A stretch of DNA of 64,000 nucleotides from the human T2T-CHM13v2.0 reference genome, Homo sapiens: the NCBI RefSeq assembly GCF_009914755.1, contig NC_060933.1. The stretch is one strand, 5' to 3'. Positions within the stretch are counted from its first letter, which is position 1. Every line of letters starts with the position of its first letter. Below are positions 12,141 through 25,764 of the stretch, piece by piece. The position numbers and the translations under genes are program-made. Under the pieces are notes generated by a model, which saw only the letters and a program-made list of their open reading frames with translations, had not been told where the DNA came from and searched no databases.

Positions 12141-13704
12141 CCCTGAGAGCTCCTGTCCTGTCTCCTAATCTTCTAACACACCATCTTCTTGCCATTTCTC
12201 TACTAAGAGCTCTCCCTCTCCCACATATGCAGCCAACCTCAAGAATCATGGCACTTTTTCCTAGCAAGTCAGACACGACCTCAGAATCTTTCTCAACACG
12301 GTGTTCCAGGCAGTCACAACCAACTGATCATGTTTGGGACAAAACATTAAATCCATTTGCTGGTCTAGAATAGCCTGGGTCTTGGCCAAACTGATTCAAT
12401 TTGGTCCTCAGTCTCAGAGACCCCTGAAAACTGATTTAGCCAAGCTCTCTAAATTGATCACATGCCTTTGGGCCTCTCCTGAGACAGAGAAGCCTCTTTC
12501 CCACGGAAGGCTCCCTGTACCTCTACCTATACCAGACCCTAGGGCCCTAAATCCTCCCTCCTATGACACAGCTTCACTCTGGGGCAGGTAAGTAGTCCCT
12601 TGAACTCAGCGACATAGTTTTAGCTGTCCCTTCTGCCACTAGTCAGCTGGACCCAGATGTTTCTCATGGTCCTAGGGATCCCTTGTACTGGCTCTCTCCA
12701 GGATCCAAGGAGATGCTTTTTCCTCAGTCTCTGAAAAACCAAGAAAGACTGCTCTACCACCAGCAGCAAGCTTAGGCTCTAAGAATAGATACCTTCAACT
12801 CAGGATCCCCCACCCCCAGGATAAAATCCTTAACTTCTTAACGTTTTATGAACTAGTATACTTTCCTGAAACGCCTAGATCCAATGTCAGATTTCTACAG
12901 CCTTCTCAGCTGAGAAGATTGGAAGCTGTTTTAGCTGAACTCCTACTGCAGACATTCCCGAGGCTGCCCAGAAACCCGCCAAAGAGACCTCAGGGTCCAG
13001 TGGAGCAAGGCTAAACCACAGCCTCCAGTGTAGAAACTCTCCATCCCTGGCGAGGTTTTAAAAAATGCCAATGCCTGAACCCATCCAAAAGAAACTCTAA
13101 TTTATTTGCTCTCATATACATATACATAAAGGACAATATACATCACCTTTAAGAAAAAAAAAAAAAGAAGCTCCCAAGTTGCTTCTAATGTGTACACTCT
13201 CCTGTAAACAGTCACATTCATTCAGAAATATTGACAACTGCCAACTACAGATGACAGTGGGAAAGCCCTATATGAATATCCTCTGGACAATGGCCCCAGC
13301 ATTCCTTCCAGTCCTAACAGGGTGGAAAGGACCACACTGCTGTCTGAAACAACTTAGGAAACATTAGAGATGACACCAAAAGACCTGGAAGGCAGTACTT
13401 CAACCCAATGGGGAGTCCTAACTGGAGCTGATGCCTAAGCCTATATTCATTCATGCATGCAGTATTCATTCATTCATAAATATTCAGCTCTTATTATGTT
13501 CCAGGCATGGTACTAGGACTCAGGTGATGGCTCCAGCTCAAAGAACCCCTGATTCTGAACCATGATCCCATGTTAGTGGCTACCGGAGGTAGTTTCTGAA
13601 CCTCAGCTGAGAACTCCAGCAACTTTCACTAAATTTTGATACCTCAAAGGCAATAATTGACCAATAACAATTATTTTTATTATCCTTAGGCTCTTGAATA
13701 AGAA

Positions 13705-13892
13705 ATTATTGAGTGTTTACATGTGTGGCAATCATACTATGTTTTATTTACCAGCCACCATTTTGCAAGATAAATTTTGTTCTATACAATTTATAGGTGA
13801 GAAGATAAAGAAGTTGAAAGAGGGAAAGTAATTTGACCAGGGTTGCACAGCTCTTAGAGAGTTGAGCTGAGATCTGATCCCACATCTGTCTT
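13705..13892 (-). mobile_element. MIR (degraded)
   Basis: TTATTGAGTG...AAGTAATTTGACCAGGGTTGCACAGCT...GAGCTGAGATCTGA. Confidence 0.65.
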
Positions 13893-14053
13893 TACCCATT
13901 CTGGCATATTATGTGAGTCGTGCATATTTCCTGATTCAACCAAACACTACCAACAGGTATTGAGCACCTTCTCACGTAAGACACCGCAGGAATGAATATT
14001 CAAAACAAACCTGTTTAGCGGTCATCACTTTTATCATTCAGAGCAAGAATCAA

Positions 14054-14252
14054 AGAGTCATCAAACCTCTTCTGTAAAGTCACATTATAGTGATTTGGGG
14101 CTCTGTGGTCTCTAGGGTCCCTATCACCATTTACTCTCCTCATGTAATCCAAAAACAGGCACTGACAATACAAAAGTTTCAATAAAACTTTATTTTAAAA
14201 AAACAGGTGGTGGGTTGGATTTTGCCCATGGTACTTAGTTTTTTTACTCCTA
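14054..14252. mobile_element. MER58A-like hAT MITE, followed by a minus-strand MIR piece to about 14390
   Basis: CAAACCTCTTCTGTAAAG...CAATAAAACTTTATT...AAAACAGGTGGTGGGTTGGATTTTGCCC. Confidence 0.75.
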
Positions 14253-14962
14253 TCCTACAGAAAAGGAAACTGGGACTAAGAGAGGGAAAGAGACTTGCCC
14301 AAGGTCATCCAGCTTCTAAGCAGTAAGCCAGGCTTCGATCCACATCTATAGGATTCCCCTGCTCACTCTCTCCTCTTCACTACACTGCCTCCCCAAAAAA
14401 CCCCAGGGACTCATTCTTTCATCATTTAATCTTCCTCAATCCTCTAAGCTTTATCTGTTCTGATTAAGGCGAGCTTATTGTGCTCGAGATGGGTTATTGC
14501 TCTTCACAGTTCTCTCTCAAGAACATAAGAACAAATCAATCTTTCTGTCTTAATAAGTTGATAATGATTGTGAAATATTTAATGTGCTCAGTGCCATCCT
14601 TGATCTTCAGGCTTCAGTCAGAAAACCCTTCCCTGTCCTTTCCTCTCTCAAACATTATGCCCTGCATTTGTTTTTCTTTGCTCTTATTGTGTGTAAGACA
14701 GTTTTTGGGTTTTGTGGGTTTTTTGTTTGTTTTTACTGTCTAATAGCATATTCATTCCTCTCCTTTTGTCACCCATTTTCTCCCTCTAACATCGAATTTT
14801 GTCCTGGCTAAAAGGTGATTGCTTTCTGCTCATCTGGCTTTTTGGCCAGTATTTGCACTTGCCCATCACTTTGCATCCCTATATTTGCTTTTGTAAAATA
14901 TCCCAGGACTCTGAGATCTCAGAAGGCAGCTATCTAACCCATCCCCCTTCCCCAGGCAAGAC

Positions 14963-15130
14963 TTCATTCATTTATTTATTTACTCATTCAGTAAATACTG
15001 ATTGAGCATAATCAGGTGTGGGTGATAGAATGAAGGTCAAAACACACATGGTCCTAGCTCTCATGGAGCCTACAATCTAGTGGGAGAGATCAACGTTAAT
15101 GAAATAATTACAAAATATATAGTCTCAATC
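14963..15130 (-). mobile_element. L2 3' end
   Basis: ATTCATTTATTTATTTACTCATTCAGTAAATACTGATTGAGCA...CTCATGGAGCCTACAATCTAGTGGG. Confidence 0.8.
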
Positions 15131-16990
15131 TGTGAGGCTGAGCAACATAATAACAGAAGGGACGTAATTTGTCTCATTGGTGAGAGTCATTAGGCAGGGG
15201 TTGGAGAAAGACCCCATTAAGATGTATGAGCTGAATAGAGATAGGAGATTGGAAGGGGACTCCTTAGGAGGACAAAGAGGAGAAAGGCTCTTTACCCAAA
15301 ACCAGCTCCTCCTACCTGCTCTTTAAGGCTTTATAGGGGAAAGGCATCTACATTCTCCAATTTAGGTGATCAGTTAACCGACTCTAGAGTTTGAAATGCT
15401 TCCTCTTGCTTTTGTAGCAGCCTCTTAGGAGAAGCGTTAGAACTGGAAGGGCCCTTAGGGATCATCTGGGGAAACTTCTTCACTTTACAAATGGACAGCT
15501 TGGTGCCTAGAGAAGGTGGGAGATGTGCCTTAGAGCGTACAATGACACAGTGGCAGAGCTAGGGCTCAGGCCAGAGTCCTCCTGTTCTAGTGTTCTTTCC
15601 TCAGATTCAGGGTGAAGTTCCATTACCACAGAGCTTTTTAAAGACAGTATGTGCATGTCTTTGTTATAGACCAATGGTTATAAGAGTAAGCACAATAGCT
15701 ACCTTTTGTGAAGGGTTTGTTCATATTCCAAATACAGTTAACATTTTACACTCAGCTTTCATAGCATTGTCCCAGTAACCCAGTGGTACAGGGCTTGATA
15801 GTGGTTCCTTGTTTCCCCCGTTTCATCTCAGCTGGCTGCGCCCTCTGTTCAGCTGGGGACTGCAGGCCAGGAAACCTAAGGGAATCCACACACCCTGCCT
15901 GACTTCTTTGTCTGCACCACAGTAGGCAGAACACGATTGGCCGTTTAGACTGTGTAGGCCTGTGGGCCCCACTGCATACTAATCAGTCACTAGAAATAGA
16001 TGCATTAGGGGCGAAAACATTTACTGGCAACACTATCTGGCTTCAATCTTTCACCTTCACTGGGTAATGAGATGAGCTAGAACATTAAAACCAACAAACA
16101 GCCTTTGGTGTTTACAGCAAATGTTTGCAAGAGCGTAGGAGCCAGAGGTGCTCTGGGGAACATCTGGATTTCTGGAAACTGTGTGATTACACAGATGTGT
16201 TAGATTCATCAAGCTATAAAAATATCCTGTGATGTATGTCATGGAAGAAAAGCAACTTCCCAAAATGGATTTGGTGCAAATTATCGATCATAGCAAAGAC
16301 ACCAAAGGAGGAGTGATGTGACTCCAGGCTCTGAGGAGACCCTCAAAGCCAGGGTGAAGTGGACACTTTAGAGAGTGATCTTGGTTGACAACGGAGGGTA
16401 GAGGTGGGGTCTGAGGATGTCAGGGATGTTCTTTATCTATTGATAATTCTCTCTGACTATGAATACCTATTGCATTGCTTGCACTGAGTTTCTGCTTTTT
16501 TATGTGCTCCAGGGTTTCTACATTGCTCACAAATATCTTCCACTGGCTTATAAAATTACATGAAATGTGCCCTAAAGCACTTTTCCAGGTTCATCTTCTG
16601 TAGCCACCACTACTACCAAAATAGGCATCTTCCTATTTCCCCAACCATGTCATTTGTCTTCATTCAAACCCACAGCACCATGCCTGACTTAGTCCCCTCA
16701 AATATTGTTTGTTTGTTTGTTTGTTGTTTGTTTTAATGGTTAGCAAATGAATCAGTGAATTAGTGACCTCTGGGCCTTTGCCCATGCCCATGCCCATGCC
16801 TGGACACTTCCTGAGCTCATGCAGGAGCTTCTCTTCCTCCCAAGCCTGAGTCCAAGGGGCATCTCCTTCAGATAGGACTTCATCACTCCTGCTAATGACC
16901 ACACCCCCACACATGTTGCACAAACCTTTAGTTTATCCCATAGACTTCTTTTTTATTTCAGATGTGTCTGTCTTTCTTACTGTTGTATAA

Positions 16991-17399
<409 letters not shown>

Positions 17400-17691
17400 A
17401 AGAATGCAGAACTCTTAACATGAAGTTCCAAGGGCTTGTGATTCTAAAATGAACTTCACCGTAGCTAGCAATGAACACACCTTATAGAAGTTTCATTCTC
17501 AAGGAAAGGTTCGGGGGGAGTTATTTCTGTCCATTTGGGAGCCAGGATTGAATGAACCATTCATTGCAATGGTTAAGCGTTAGATTCGTGTAAATGGTGA
17601 TAACAGTGTGCCCCAGTGTTTATTGAAATCTGACAGTATTTTAGGAATATAGTTTTACAACACTAAATAGTTTGAGTAAAAAATTGTATGA

Positions 17692-17979
17692 GGCCAGGCG
17701 CAGTGGCTCAAGCCTATAATTTTAGCACTTTGGGAGGCCGAGGCAGGCGGATCATTTGAGGCCAGGAGTTTCAGACCAGCCTGGCCAACATGGCGAAACC
17801 TTGTCTCCACTAAAAATACAAAAATTAGCTGGGCATGGTGGTGCCCACTTGTAGTCCCAGCTAAACTCGGGAGGCTGAGGCAGAAAAATCATCTGCACCC
17901 AGGAAGTGAAGGTTGCAGTGAGCCAAAATTGCACCACTGCACTCCAGCCTAGGCAACAGAGTGAGACCCTGTCTCAAAA
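17692..17979 (+). mobile_element. Full-length Alu, AluJb-like
   Basis: GGCCAGGCGCAGTGGCTCA...GAGGCCAGGAGTT...GTGAGACCCTGTCTCAAAA. Confidence 0.93.
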
Positions 17980-18022
17980 CACACACACACATACACACAC
18001 ACACACAAATATATATATATAT
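17979..18022. repeat. (CA)n(TA)n microsatellite derived from the Alu tail
   Basis: Directly visible. Confidence 0.9.
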
Positions 18023-18750
18023 AGTATGAGTAGAAAATAAATAGTAAATAAACAGAAAATAAACAAACAAAACTTATGAATAGAAAATAGCATGATAAGA
18101 AAAATTAGGTGTATGTTATCTTTGCCTGCATGTTGATAGAAACTGGTTGCAGCACCAGTTGTAATGTTTGGGCAGACCCAGGTTTCCTGACCCTGTTTTC
18201 GGTCCATTTTGCCTCCTGCCACAGAAACCTACCAATGAAATTGCATGTGTTTCATCCTGGATAGTCCCGAAAACAGCCCCACCCCAGCAGAGAGTATTAC
18301 CTGGGCAGAGCACATTTTCATCTGAAGGTCACAGGGCAAAGCAGAGAAAGACACCCATCTGAACTGCCTTCCCATGTGTGGATTTATGCGGAAGGAATTA
18401 GGAACCAGAATAAAGCAATAGAAATTCAGTTGGTGACCTGAGAATTTCTCGCATTTAGCATAACAACAGACATTCTTTTGAAGTTAGGTATTTGTCTTTC
18501 TCTTCCACCAAGGAGGAAACAGAAGTTCCAAGAAGTCAATCATGAATCCAGTATGAATCAGCACAGAGTGTAAATGCAAACCACACAGATTAGAAGAACA
18601 CAAAAATATACAGCAATAATGTCTATGAGGACAAACCCTACATTGTAATGACAACAGCCACTGTTTATTTTGCACCCTGTATGTGCCAGGTCCTTAGGAT
18701 ATCTCCTGCAAGCTTAAGAAAATAGCCAGGGATATAATGTTATCTTGGGA

Positions 18751-18944
18751 CAGCATTTCTCAAGGGGTGTTCTGGGAGTACCAGCATCAGAATCATCCAA
18801 GGGTTTTGTTAAGAATACTGATTTCCACTCCTAACCTTGGACCTACTAAATCAGAATCACTGACTGGAGGTGGGGTCCAGGAATCTGCATTTTAACATAG
18901 GCCCCCAAGTAATTCTTAAATACACTGAAGTATAAGCACTACTA
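18751..18944. mobile_element. MER5A hAT MITE
   Basis: CAGCATTTCTCAA...CAGCATCAGAATCA...GACCTACTAAATCAGAATC...GGAATCTGCATTTTAACA. Confidence 0.88.
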
Positions 18945-19840
18945 TGTGCATCAAAATCTTTCTAAGAAAGAAATAGCAAGTAACCCAGTGTTTTACCCAT
19001 ATTATGCCTGCATATTATGCGGAGTTGTAAATGTAGCTATTCAGGTTTAAGTTCAAAGAGCACAGTGTCCAGTTTATTCCACAGTGGGAGCTCAATTATT
19101 CTCCATATGCCCTTCCATAGCCCTTGCAAAGACCAGAGTTAAAAGAAACCTCTTTGACCAACAACCAGGAGCATCTGCCTCTGCGTGGAAAATATTTTAT
19201 AACACAAATCCACAGCAGAAAGGAGCGGGTCACCTTCCAGCCCCTTCCATCTCCTACCCTCACCAGAGCCCCCCTCATTCTACAAATGAGACCCTGGAGG
19301 GCAGGTGGAGATGAGAAATTGCTTTACCAAGAGCGACTCAGGGAAATTAGGGCCTCCCTACCTTGGAGGCATCGAGAGACAGTGGACAAGAGCAGAGGGA
19401 AAGAGACAAAACGCCCATTCCAATAAGGAAACGGCTTTAATCTATCAAAGTAATTCTCCTTCTTTCAGAGGGAGAGAACATGAAATTGCACAAAATGACT
19501 TACAGAATGGCACCCAGTTCTGATTAGCGTGAGGCCCAGAGCTGTCTGTACTTAGTAAGTAAGGTAGAAAGTCCATTTGAATATTCATTTTAAAAATTCC
19601 CACATGAAAAGGAAGAAGAATGGGTTTGTCTTTTCAAAGAACAAAAGTTTTGGTGAAAGCACTTATTTGGAGAACATTATAGAGGAGATGGTGCTTAATG
19701 GGGACATGGCGAGCCTGTGATAATCAGAAAGGGTGGCATTTTCATTCCTGACACCACCATTTCCCCAGCTCTGTATCTCCCTGTGGAGTACAGGTTGATT
19801 CTAATCCCTGGTTGGATCTAGGTCATTTTAGGATCTAAAC

Positions 19841-20169
19841 CATGGACCAGCAAAATTTTTCTGTAAAGGGCAAGATAGTGAATATTTGAAGCTCTGCATG
19901 CCATATGGTCTCTGTCTCAACTATTCAACTCTGCCTTTGTCACCTAAAAGTAGCCATAAATAATGTATCAACAAATGGGAGTGGCTGTGTTTCAGTGACA
20001 CTTTATTTGTAGACACTAAAATTTGTATTTCATATAATTTTTATGCACAATAAATTCTTCTTTTAATTTTTTCAACCATATGAAGATGAAAAATTATTTT
20101 TAGCTTGCAGGCTATATAAAAACAGGCAATGGGCCAACGTGACCCTCAGCCGTGGTTTGCCAACCCCTG
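19841..20169. mobile_element. MER58B hAT MITE
   Basis: CAGCAAAATTTTTCTGTAAAGGGCAAGATAGTGAATATTT...TTTGCCAACCCCTG, with degenerate terminal inverted repeats. Confidence 0.88.
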
Positions 20170-21100
20170 GCTAGACTCAATTTGTATTTTTTGCCCTATC
20201 TTGTGTTCCTTTTGTGGATCCATCGAAAGAAAGGGCTGTCTTACTGTGTGCAAGTTCTTTCATTTCCAGCTTCTGTACCATTTGCCTATTCTTTCTGCCT
20301 GGATTTTTCTTCCCTTCCTAAACATCCTCCCAGTTCTTCAAGCCTCCAACTCATCACCACATCCCTAGTGGCCCCTGAAAGACATGACCTTCCTGCAGAC
20401 TTTATCTACAGGTCTTATCTCCTGTACCAGTCTTCAAACTTCTTATAAATATAACAACACCTAACACCTGCATTCATTCTCCAAATAATTCCCCACCACA
20501 AACCTCTGAGATAGGCACTGTTATTATTCCCAATTTACAGACCTGGGAATTGTATCTTAAAAATGGAATGGTAACTTGCTCGAAGTCCCCTAAGTGGGAG
20601 AAGAAAAAAAAAAAACCTGTTCTCTATATGTCAGGTATGACCCACATACCTGTGAGGAGACCCCATAGCTTCCAAACTGCATCCTGCACAGTGTCTCAAA
20701 AATAGGGGTACTCACTAGATGGTTTGTTTGCTTGAATGTTAAGGCTTATTTATCTTATTTATGAAGCATCAGGAGATTATTCATAGAAAAAGACTCTGCT
20801 GGTGAGAAATGACAAAAAAAATAATAGCTGACAATCTGACTTTAAGAGAGGAGAGTGAAACAAAGCTGAGGATAGTAAATATCAGCTCAATTAAAACATA
20901 AAGCACAGCGCCCTGGTACCATTCAGTGCAGGGTCTGGTGGCTCTGCATGCACCAGTGTCTCCGAGAGCTGTGTGCTAGGACCATGCAGCATGGAAAAAT
21001 TGTTGTGCTACTCTGAGTCCTCACAAAATGGTAGAGTGAATGCCCTGCTTAAAAAGTCAGGGAGTACATGATCTGTTTAGATAGGTACCCAATCTTGTGG

Positions 21101-21105
<5 letters not shown>

Positions 21106-21156
<51 letters not shown>
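21106..21156. repeat. Pure (TA)25 microsatellite
   Basis: 51 nt of uninterrupted T/A alternation. Confidence 0.98.
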
Positions 21157-21160
<4 letters not shown>

Positions 21161-21384
21161 CTTTTTAAAAGGAATTCTGTGTTTGAAGAGATTGGCTTTT
21201 ATAAATATTCCTACTCTGCAGAATCACCAATTCCCTGAGAATAATGGAGACCCAGTATTTTTCTGTATCTCATAATGCTCCAGTGAGACCTGTCTGTTTT
21301 ATTGACTACTATATGCCTTCTAACTTTGCTCCAAATAGTCTTCCCTGTTCCTTGTAGATTCATATGTGCACATTCAGTACAAAT

Positions 21385-21500
21385 CAACTAATATTTACTG
21401 AATCGCTGCTGTCTGCAATGTCCTGTGCTGGGTAATACTGATACGGAATCAGTGATAAATAAGACGGTTCTTGCCCTCAAGGAGTTTACAGTCTGGGAGT
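21385..21500 (-). mobile_element. L2 3' end
   Basis: AATATTTACTGAA...GTGATAAATAAGAC...TGCCCTCAAGGAGTTTACAGTCT. Confidence 0.7.
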
Positions 21501-21699
21501 GAAGGAGTGAACTGAACTAGATGCCAACACAACTCATGAGCTATGCTTTTTTACTATGACTATGCCAAAAGAGTACAGTTTCTTCCAAAAGAAAAAGAAC
21601 ATATGATGGAGCAAGTCAAAAAATAATAATGAGCCCCTCTCCCCAAATAGCTCTGGTTTTCATATATATCTTGGTCCCTTGATCTTGTCCTACATATTC

Positions 21700-21980
21700 T
21701 TTTTTTTTAACAGATGGGGCCTCACTCTTTTCCCCAAGGTGAAATGCAGCAGCACACTGCAGCCTTGATCTCTTGGGCTCAAGCAACCCTCCTGCCTCAT
21801 CTTTCTGAGTAGCTGGGACTACAGGCATGCATCACCATGCCTGGCTAATTTCATTCATTTTATGTAGAGATGGGACTTGCTATGTTGCCCAGGCTGGTCT
21901 TGAACTCCTGGGCTGAAGCCATCCTCCCCACTTGGCCTCCCAAAGTGCTAGGATTACAAGCATGTGCCACCACCGTTGGC
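21700..21980 (-). mobile_element. AluJ (Jo/Jr-like)
   Basis: CACTGCAGCCTTGA...TGGGCTCAAGCAA, TTGCTATGTTGCCCAGGCTGGTCTTGAACTCCTGGGCT. Confidence 0.93.
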
Positions 21981-22514
21981 CCTCCTTATTCTTTACTGTC
22001 TCTAAACTTGGGACAGCAAACTGATTTCCAACAAAAGCCCAATTCCTTCTTGGAATCTTCTGTTATTTGGTTGGATTCCTACCAGGCTTGTCCAAGACTT
22101 TCCTTTTGCTTCAGGCTGGCATGTGCTGTCTAACCTCTCTCTAGAATATGATCTCGGTGCATTCTGCATATCCAGGTTCGCCGCTCTGGCCTTGGTACTA
22201 GCAAATGTTGCCCAAACAGATGGAAAGAAATGATAAGCATCACTGTGAGCAGATATCACCTATTGCTAATTCTACATGAATCCTAAGCATCTACTCGATG
22301 TCAGGCATTGAGCCAGGTACTGGGGGTACAGTGACAATGATAATTCATGCCCCAGAAATGTTTACCATTGACATGAACAATTGGCACTATGCAATACGCT
22401 CTAAGATCCATTGAACACACTCTCCCAATGCTTCTACTTTGTCGTAGCCCTGGTGCTTAGTGCCAGAGTTCTGGGGAAGAATAAGACAGTCTTTCTTTCA
22501 TGGAGCTCACTGTG

Positions 22515-22905
22515 TCACAGTAAACGTTCTGGAGTTTTTACTTCCAATCACATGGTAGTATTGCACTTCCCCACCCGCTTGAACTTCAGCAGGGTGACTT
22601 GACTCACATTAGCCAAACAAACATGAGTGAAAGTCACATGTGTCACTTACAGGCAAACACCTTTAAGGGCTACTATTAATTCCTATTGTTCCCTTCGGCC
22701 TATTTCATTGATTGTGGAACTAGAATTCAGGATGGAGCCTCCACTGGGCTGCCTCCTTGAGTGGCTTGAATGCACGTATCCCACTCAGCGGACCCTAACT
22801 GGGCATGTAACGTGTTAGAAATAAATTTTTATTATGTTTAGTCATTGATATCCGGGGGGCTGTAGACTACTGCCATATAACTTGGGGCCTATCCTAACCA
22901 GTTCA
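22515..22905 (+). mobile_element. MaLR LTR, MLT1I/J-like, inside L2 fragments
   Basis: ATTGCACTTCCCCACCC...ATGAGTGAAAGTCACATGTGTCACTT...AGAAATAAA...CCTATCCTAAC. Confidence 0.7.
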
Positions 22906-23069
22906 GGGTGTATCCCCAAAGTACGATGAGAGAAGAGAAGAAAGGTCCAATTTGTCGTAACTGATTCAGGGAAGGCTTCCCAGAGGAAGTGATGCTGGAG
23001 CTGCCTGGACTAAAATAGAAAATAGAGGCTGTTGAGACAATAGCAGGGTGGTGGGGAGGCAGTGGGCAT

Positions 23070-23212
23070 GCTCTTGGGCAAGTTACTTCACCTTACCTTT
23101 CTGAGCCTCAGTTTCCTAATCTGAAAGGTGGACATAATCATGTCTACCTCAGAAGGCTGTTGGGAGGATTAAATAATATTAATACAATATAGGTTAAGTG
23201 ATTAGCATTGTA
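23070..23212 (+). mobile_element. MIR
   Basis: TTGGGCAAGTTACTT...CTGAGCCTCAGTTTCCTAATCTG...GAGGATTAAAT. Confidence 0.85.
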
Positions 23213-23836
23213 TTATTACATCAGGACTTTGGGTTACAGTTAAGAAAATAGCAACTTAAAATATCTTAAGCTAAAAAAACTGAGGAATACATTGGCTTAA
23301 ATAACTTTGAAGTCTGAGGAATAGATCTGACTTCCAGAATAGCTACATCCAAGGACTATGTCATTAGGTCTCTCCTCCCTCTCTTTCTCTCTCTTCTCTC
23401 TGTCTCTCTCTCTCTCTCTCCACTTTGACTATTGTTGGCTTCGTCTGCAAACAGGTATCTTCCACAAGGCTGAGTGATAACTCTGGGAGGCTCCAAGCTA
23501 AGATGACTCCAGAGCCCCAGAGCAAGAATGAGGTTCCCCTTCAACATCTAAATTGAGGTTCAAAAAAAAAAAAGACTCTCCAGCCCCAAACCAATCACTA
23601 TGCACATCTTCAGAGGGAGGGAACTGGAGTACTCTATTAAGTATCTCAAGTCATCTTGTCAGGGCTACAGGATTGATAGCTTCACCAGTTTTACATAGAG
23701 TTGGGGAGGGGGGTCTGTTCCTCATAGGAGGAAGTGCTGTATGGAAGAAAATTGAGAGATGTCTACTAAGTTGATTGCTCTGGGATACAGGAATAGCATA
23801 CAGAATGGGACAGCTTGATGCAGCATAGTATGTACA
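23213..23836 (-). mobile_element. Old MaLR LTR, MLT1K/L-like
   Basis: TCAGGACTTTGGGTTACAG...TTAAGC...ATTGGCTTAAATAAC...AAGTC; CCAAACCAATCACT; internal (CT)n. Confidence 0.65.
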
Positions 23837-23877
23837 GAGTAGAAAAACAAATCTATCCTTGCTAGAGCATAAACTGC

Positions 23878-24116
23878 TGTATGTGTTTGTGCACATACAC
23901 ACATGCATGCATGTGTCCATATGTGTGCATGCGTATGCATGCATGTATGTGTGCATGTGTGCTCACATGTGTGTGCATGTATGCACATGCATTGCATATG
24001 TGTGGGTGTATTGCATGTTTGTGTGTGTGCATGTAGTATGTGTCCTGTGTGACTGTGTATGTGAGCATGTGTGCATATATATGTGTGTGTGCATGCATGT
24101 GTATGTGTTTGTGTGT
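23878..24116. repeat. Long imperfect alternating purine-pyrimidine (TG/CA/TA) repeat
   Basis: About 240 nt of TGTG/TGCA/TATG units. Confidence 0.92.
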
Positions 24117-24699
24117 CTGGTAGCAGAAGATGGCAGGTGATGAGGCTGGACAGGTAAGCTTGGGTCAGAGGATTCACTGACACATCCTGCAGGGCTATAT
24201 CTTTAAGCCACAAGACTGGGGATAGAAGAGGCATTCTGGGATTCTAAAGCATTCAAAGCCAACCAGCAGGTATCATGATGTCTTAGGACTCATTGTAATC
24301 TGGAGAATAAAAATGACCAAGGAACATAGAGAATGCAGAGGAAACTGAGGATACTGAGTAACACAGACACCTCCCAGGGCTGCGCCTGCTTCCCATGGGC
24401 ATGCTGCCCTGGAGCCTGTTTTAGACAGTGACGCAAGGTTTCCAACAGCACCTGACAAGCTGGTCTCAGTTTTTATTTCTTTTCATTAAAATTATCAGTG
24501 GGTGGCCCACACCCTCATACCTTACCTGAAGGTACAGATGCAGGGAGCCACTGGGGAATAGACTCAAGAGAACATTGTGGGCTCCAGTCTTTTTTTAGCA
24601 GGAAAGAACACTGCCCAAGGCAGATAGGAGTCTATAGCACAAAGAAACAAACAGCATAGCTATTAAGCAGGTGGCCATTTGGCCAGGAGTGGGATAGAG

Positions 24700-24932
24700 A
24701 AGAGAACTTGAGTTGGGATCCCAGGCAGACTCAGGTTCAAATCTAACTCCTACTCCAATCTATGTTGCCACAAGGAAGCCACTTCACCTCTCTGACTTTT
24801 GGTTTTGTCATCTGTACAATGGGGACATTAATACCTTTTACTCACAGGATTATTTTGAAGATTAAATGAGAGCAATGTGTCTGAAATATACATTACAATC
24901 CCTGGTGATGGCTGGGGCCTATGCATGTTAAG
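24700..24932 (+). mobile_element. MIR
   Basis: GGTTCAAATC...CACTTCACCTCTCTGA...TCATCTGTACAATGGGGA...GAAGATTAAATGAG. Confidence 0.82.
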
Positions 24933-25764
24933 TCTCCTCCCACTAGTCAATCTTAACTCTCAACCTCCTCTGGACAGACACACAGACCACTCTGTGTGTG
25001 GAAGGAAGGAAGTGTCTCTTTCCACTAAGTCTCTCCAGGATTTCCCTGAGTAGGTGGGGGGCCCTGCAGTAACCCGTCCTCTCTCTGCAGCCCTTCAAGT
25101 TCTCCATTCAATCATGAATCTTGTAATGTCATTGTTCTTTGGAGTGTCATTTTTGCCTTCTGTAAGATGAGATTTGGACTAAATGGGGGGTCTCAAACTC
25201 ATGATCTAAGGGCCTATGTGCTTTGTTTGTCCGCATAGGATTTTATAACATCCCAATGGGAATGTTTTCAGGTATATATGCTCTACCAGCGAGCACAGTC
25301 CTCACTTATGTCTCCCCAACAATCTTAAATCAGGTATGTCACCCATCCAGCCCCTGTGTGTGCTTGATTCTGACCTCTGGATCAAAGCCATAATCTCAAT
25401 GGCTTTCCCAGACCCAAAGTTCTAGATTCAGGGGTCCCCTTATCTCCTAAACAAATCATATTTATTTTTATCTTCACACTTATGCTCAGTTTGACCTGTC
25501 ATCCTAGAATGTCTGACTTTCTTCTCCTCTGCTTCTACTCAGATTCTATTCATCTTTGACAGCTTTCATCATTCCAAAACTAACTCAATCTATATTAATT
25601 GAGAAACCCTTATGAAGCCAAAACTAAATTACAGTTTTCAGAGAATGCACATAGCAAATCTTGCAGGAAGCTGTCTTTAATGAACCTTATCCTGGGTTTA
25701 TCAATCAAGTAATAATTATCATCCTCACTTTGTACTGTCTTAGCCGGCTGGCATACTTTTCCTC

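Noticed and set aside
23651-24234. His/Thr/Cys/Val-rich ORFs (similar low-complexity ORFs at 26149-26607, 30527-30805 and 43134-43488)
   Set aside because: These are translations of simple repeats.
25183-25380. Possible old hAT MITE (GGGGTCTCAAACTC start)
   Set aside because: The right terminus is too degenerate to assign a family by eye.
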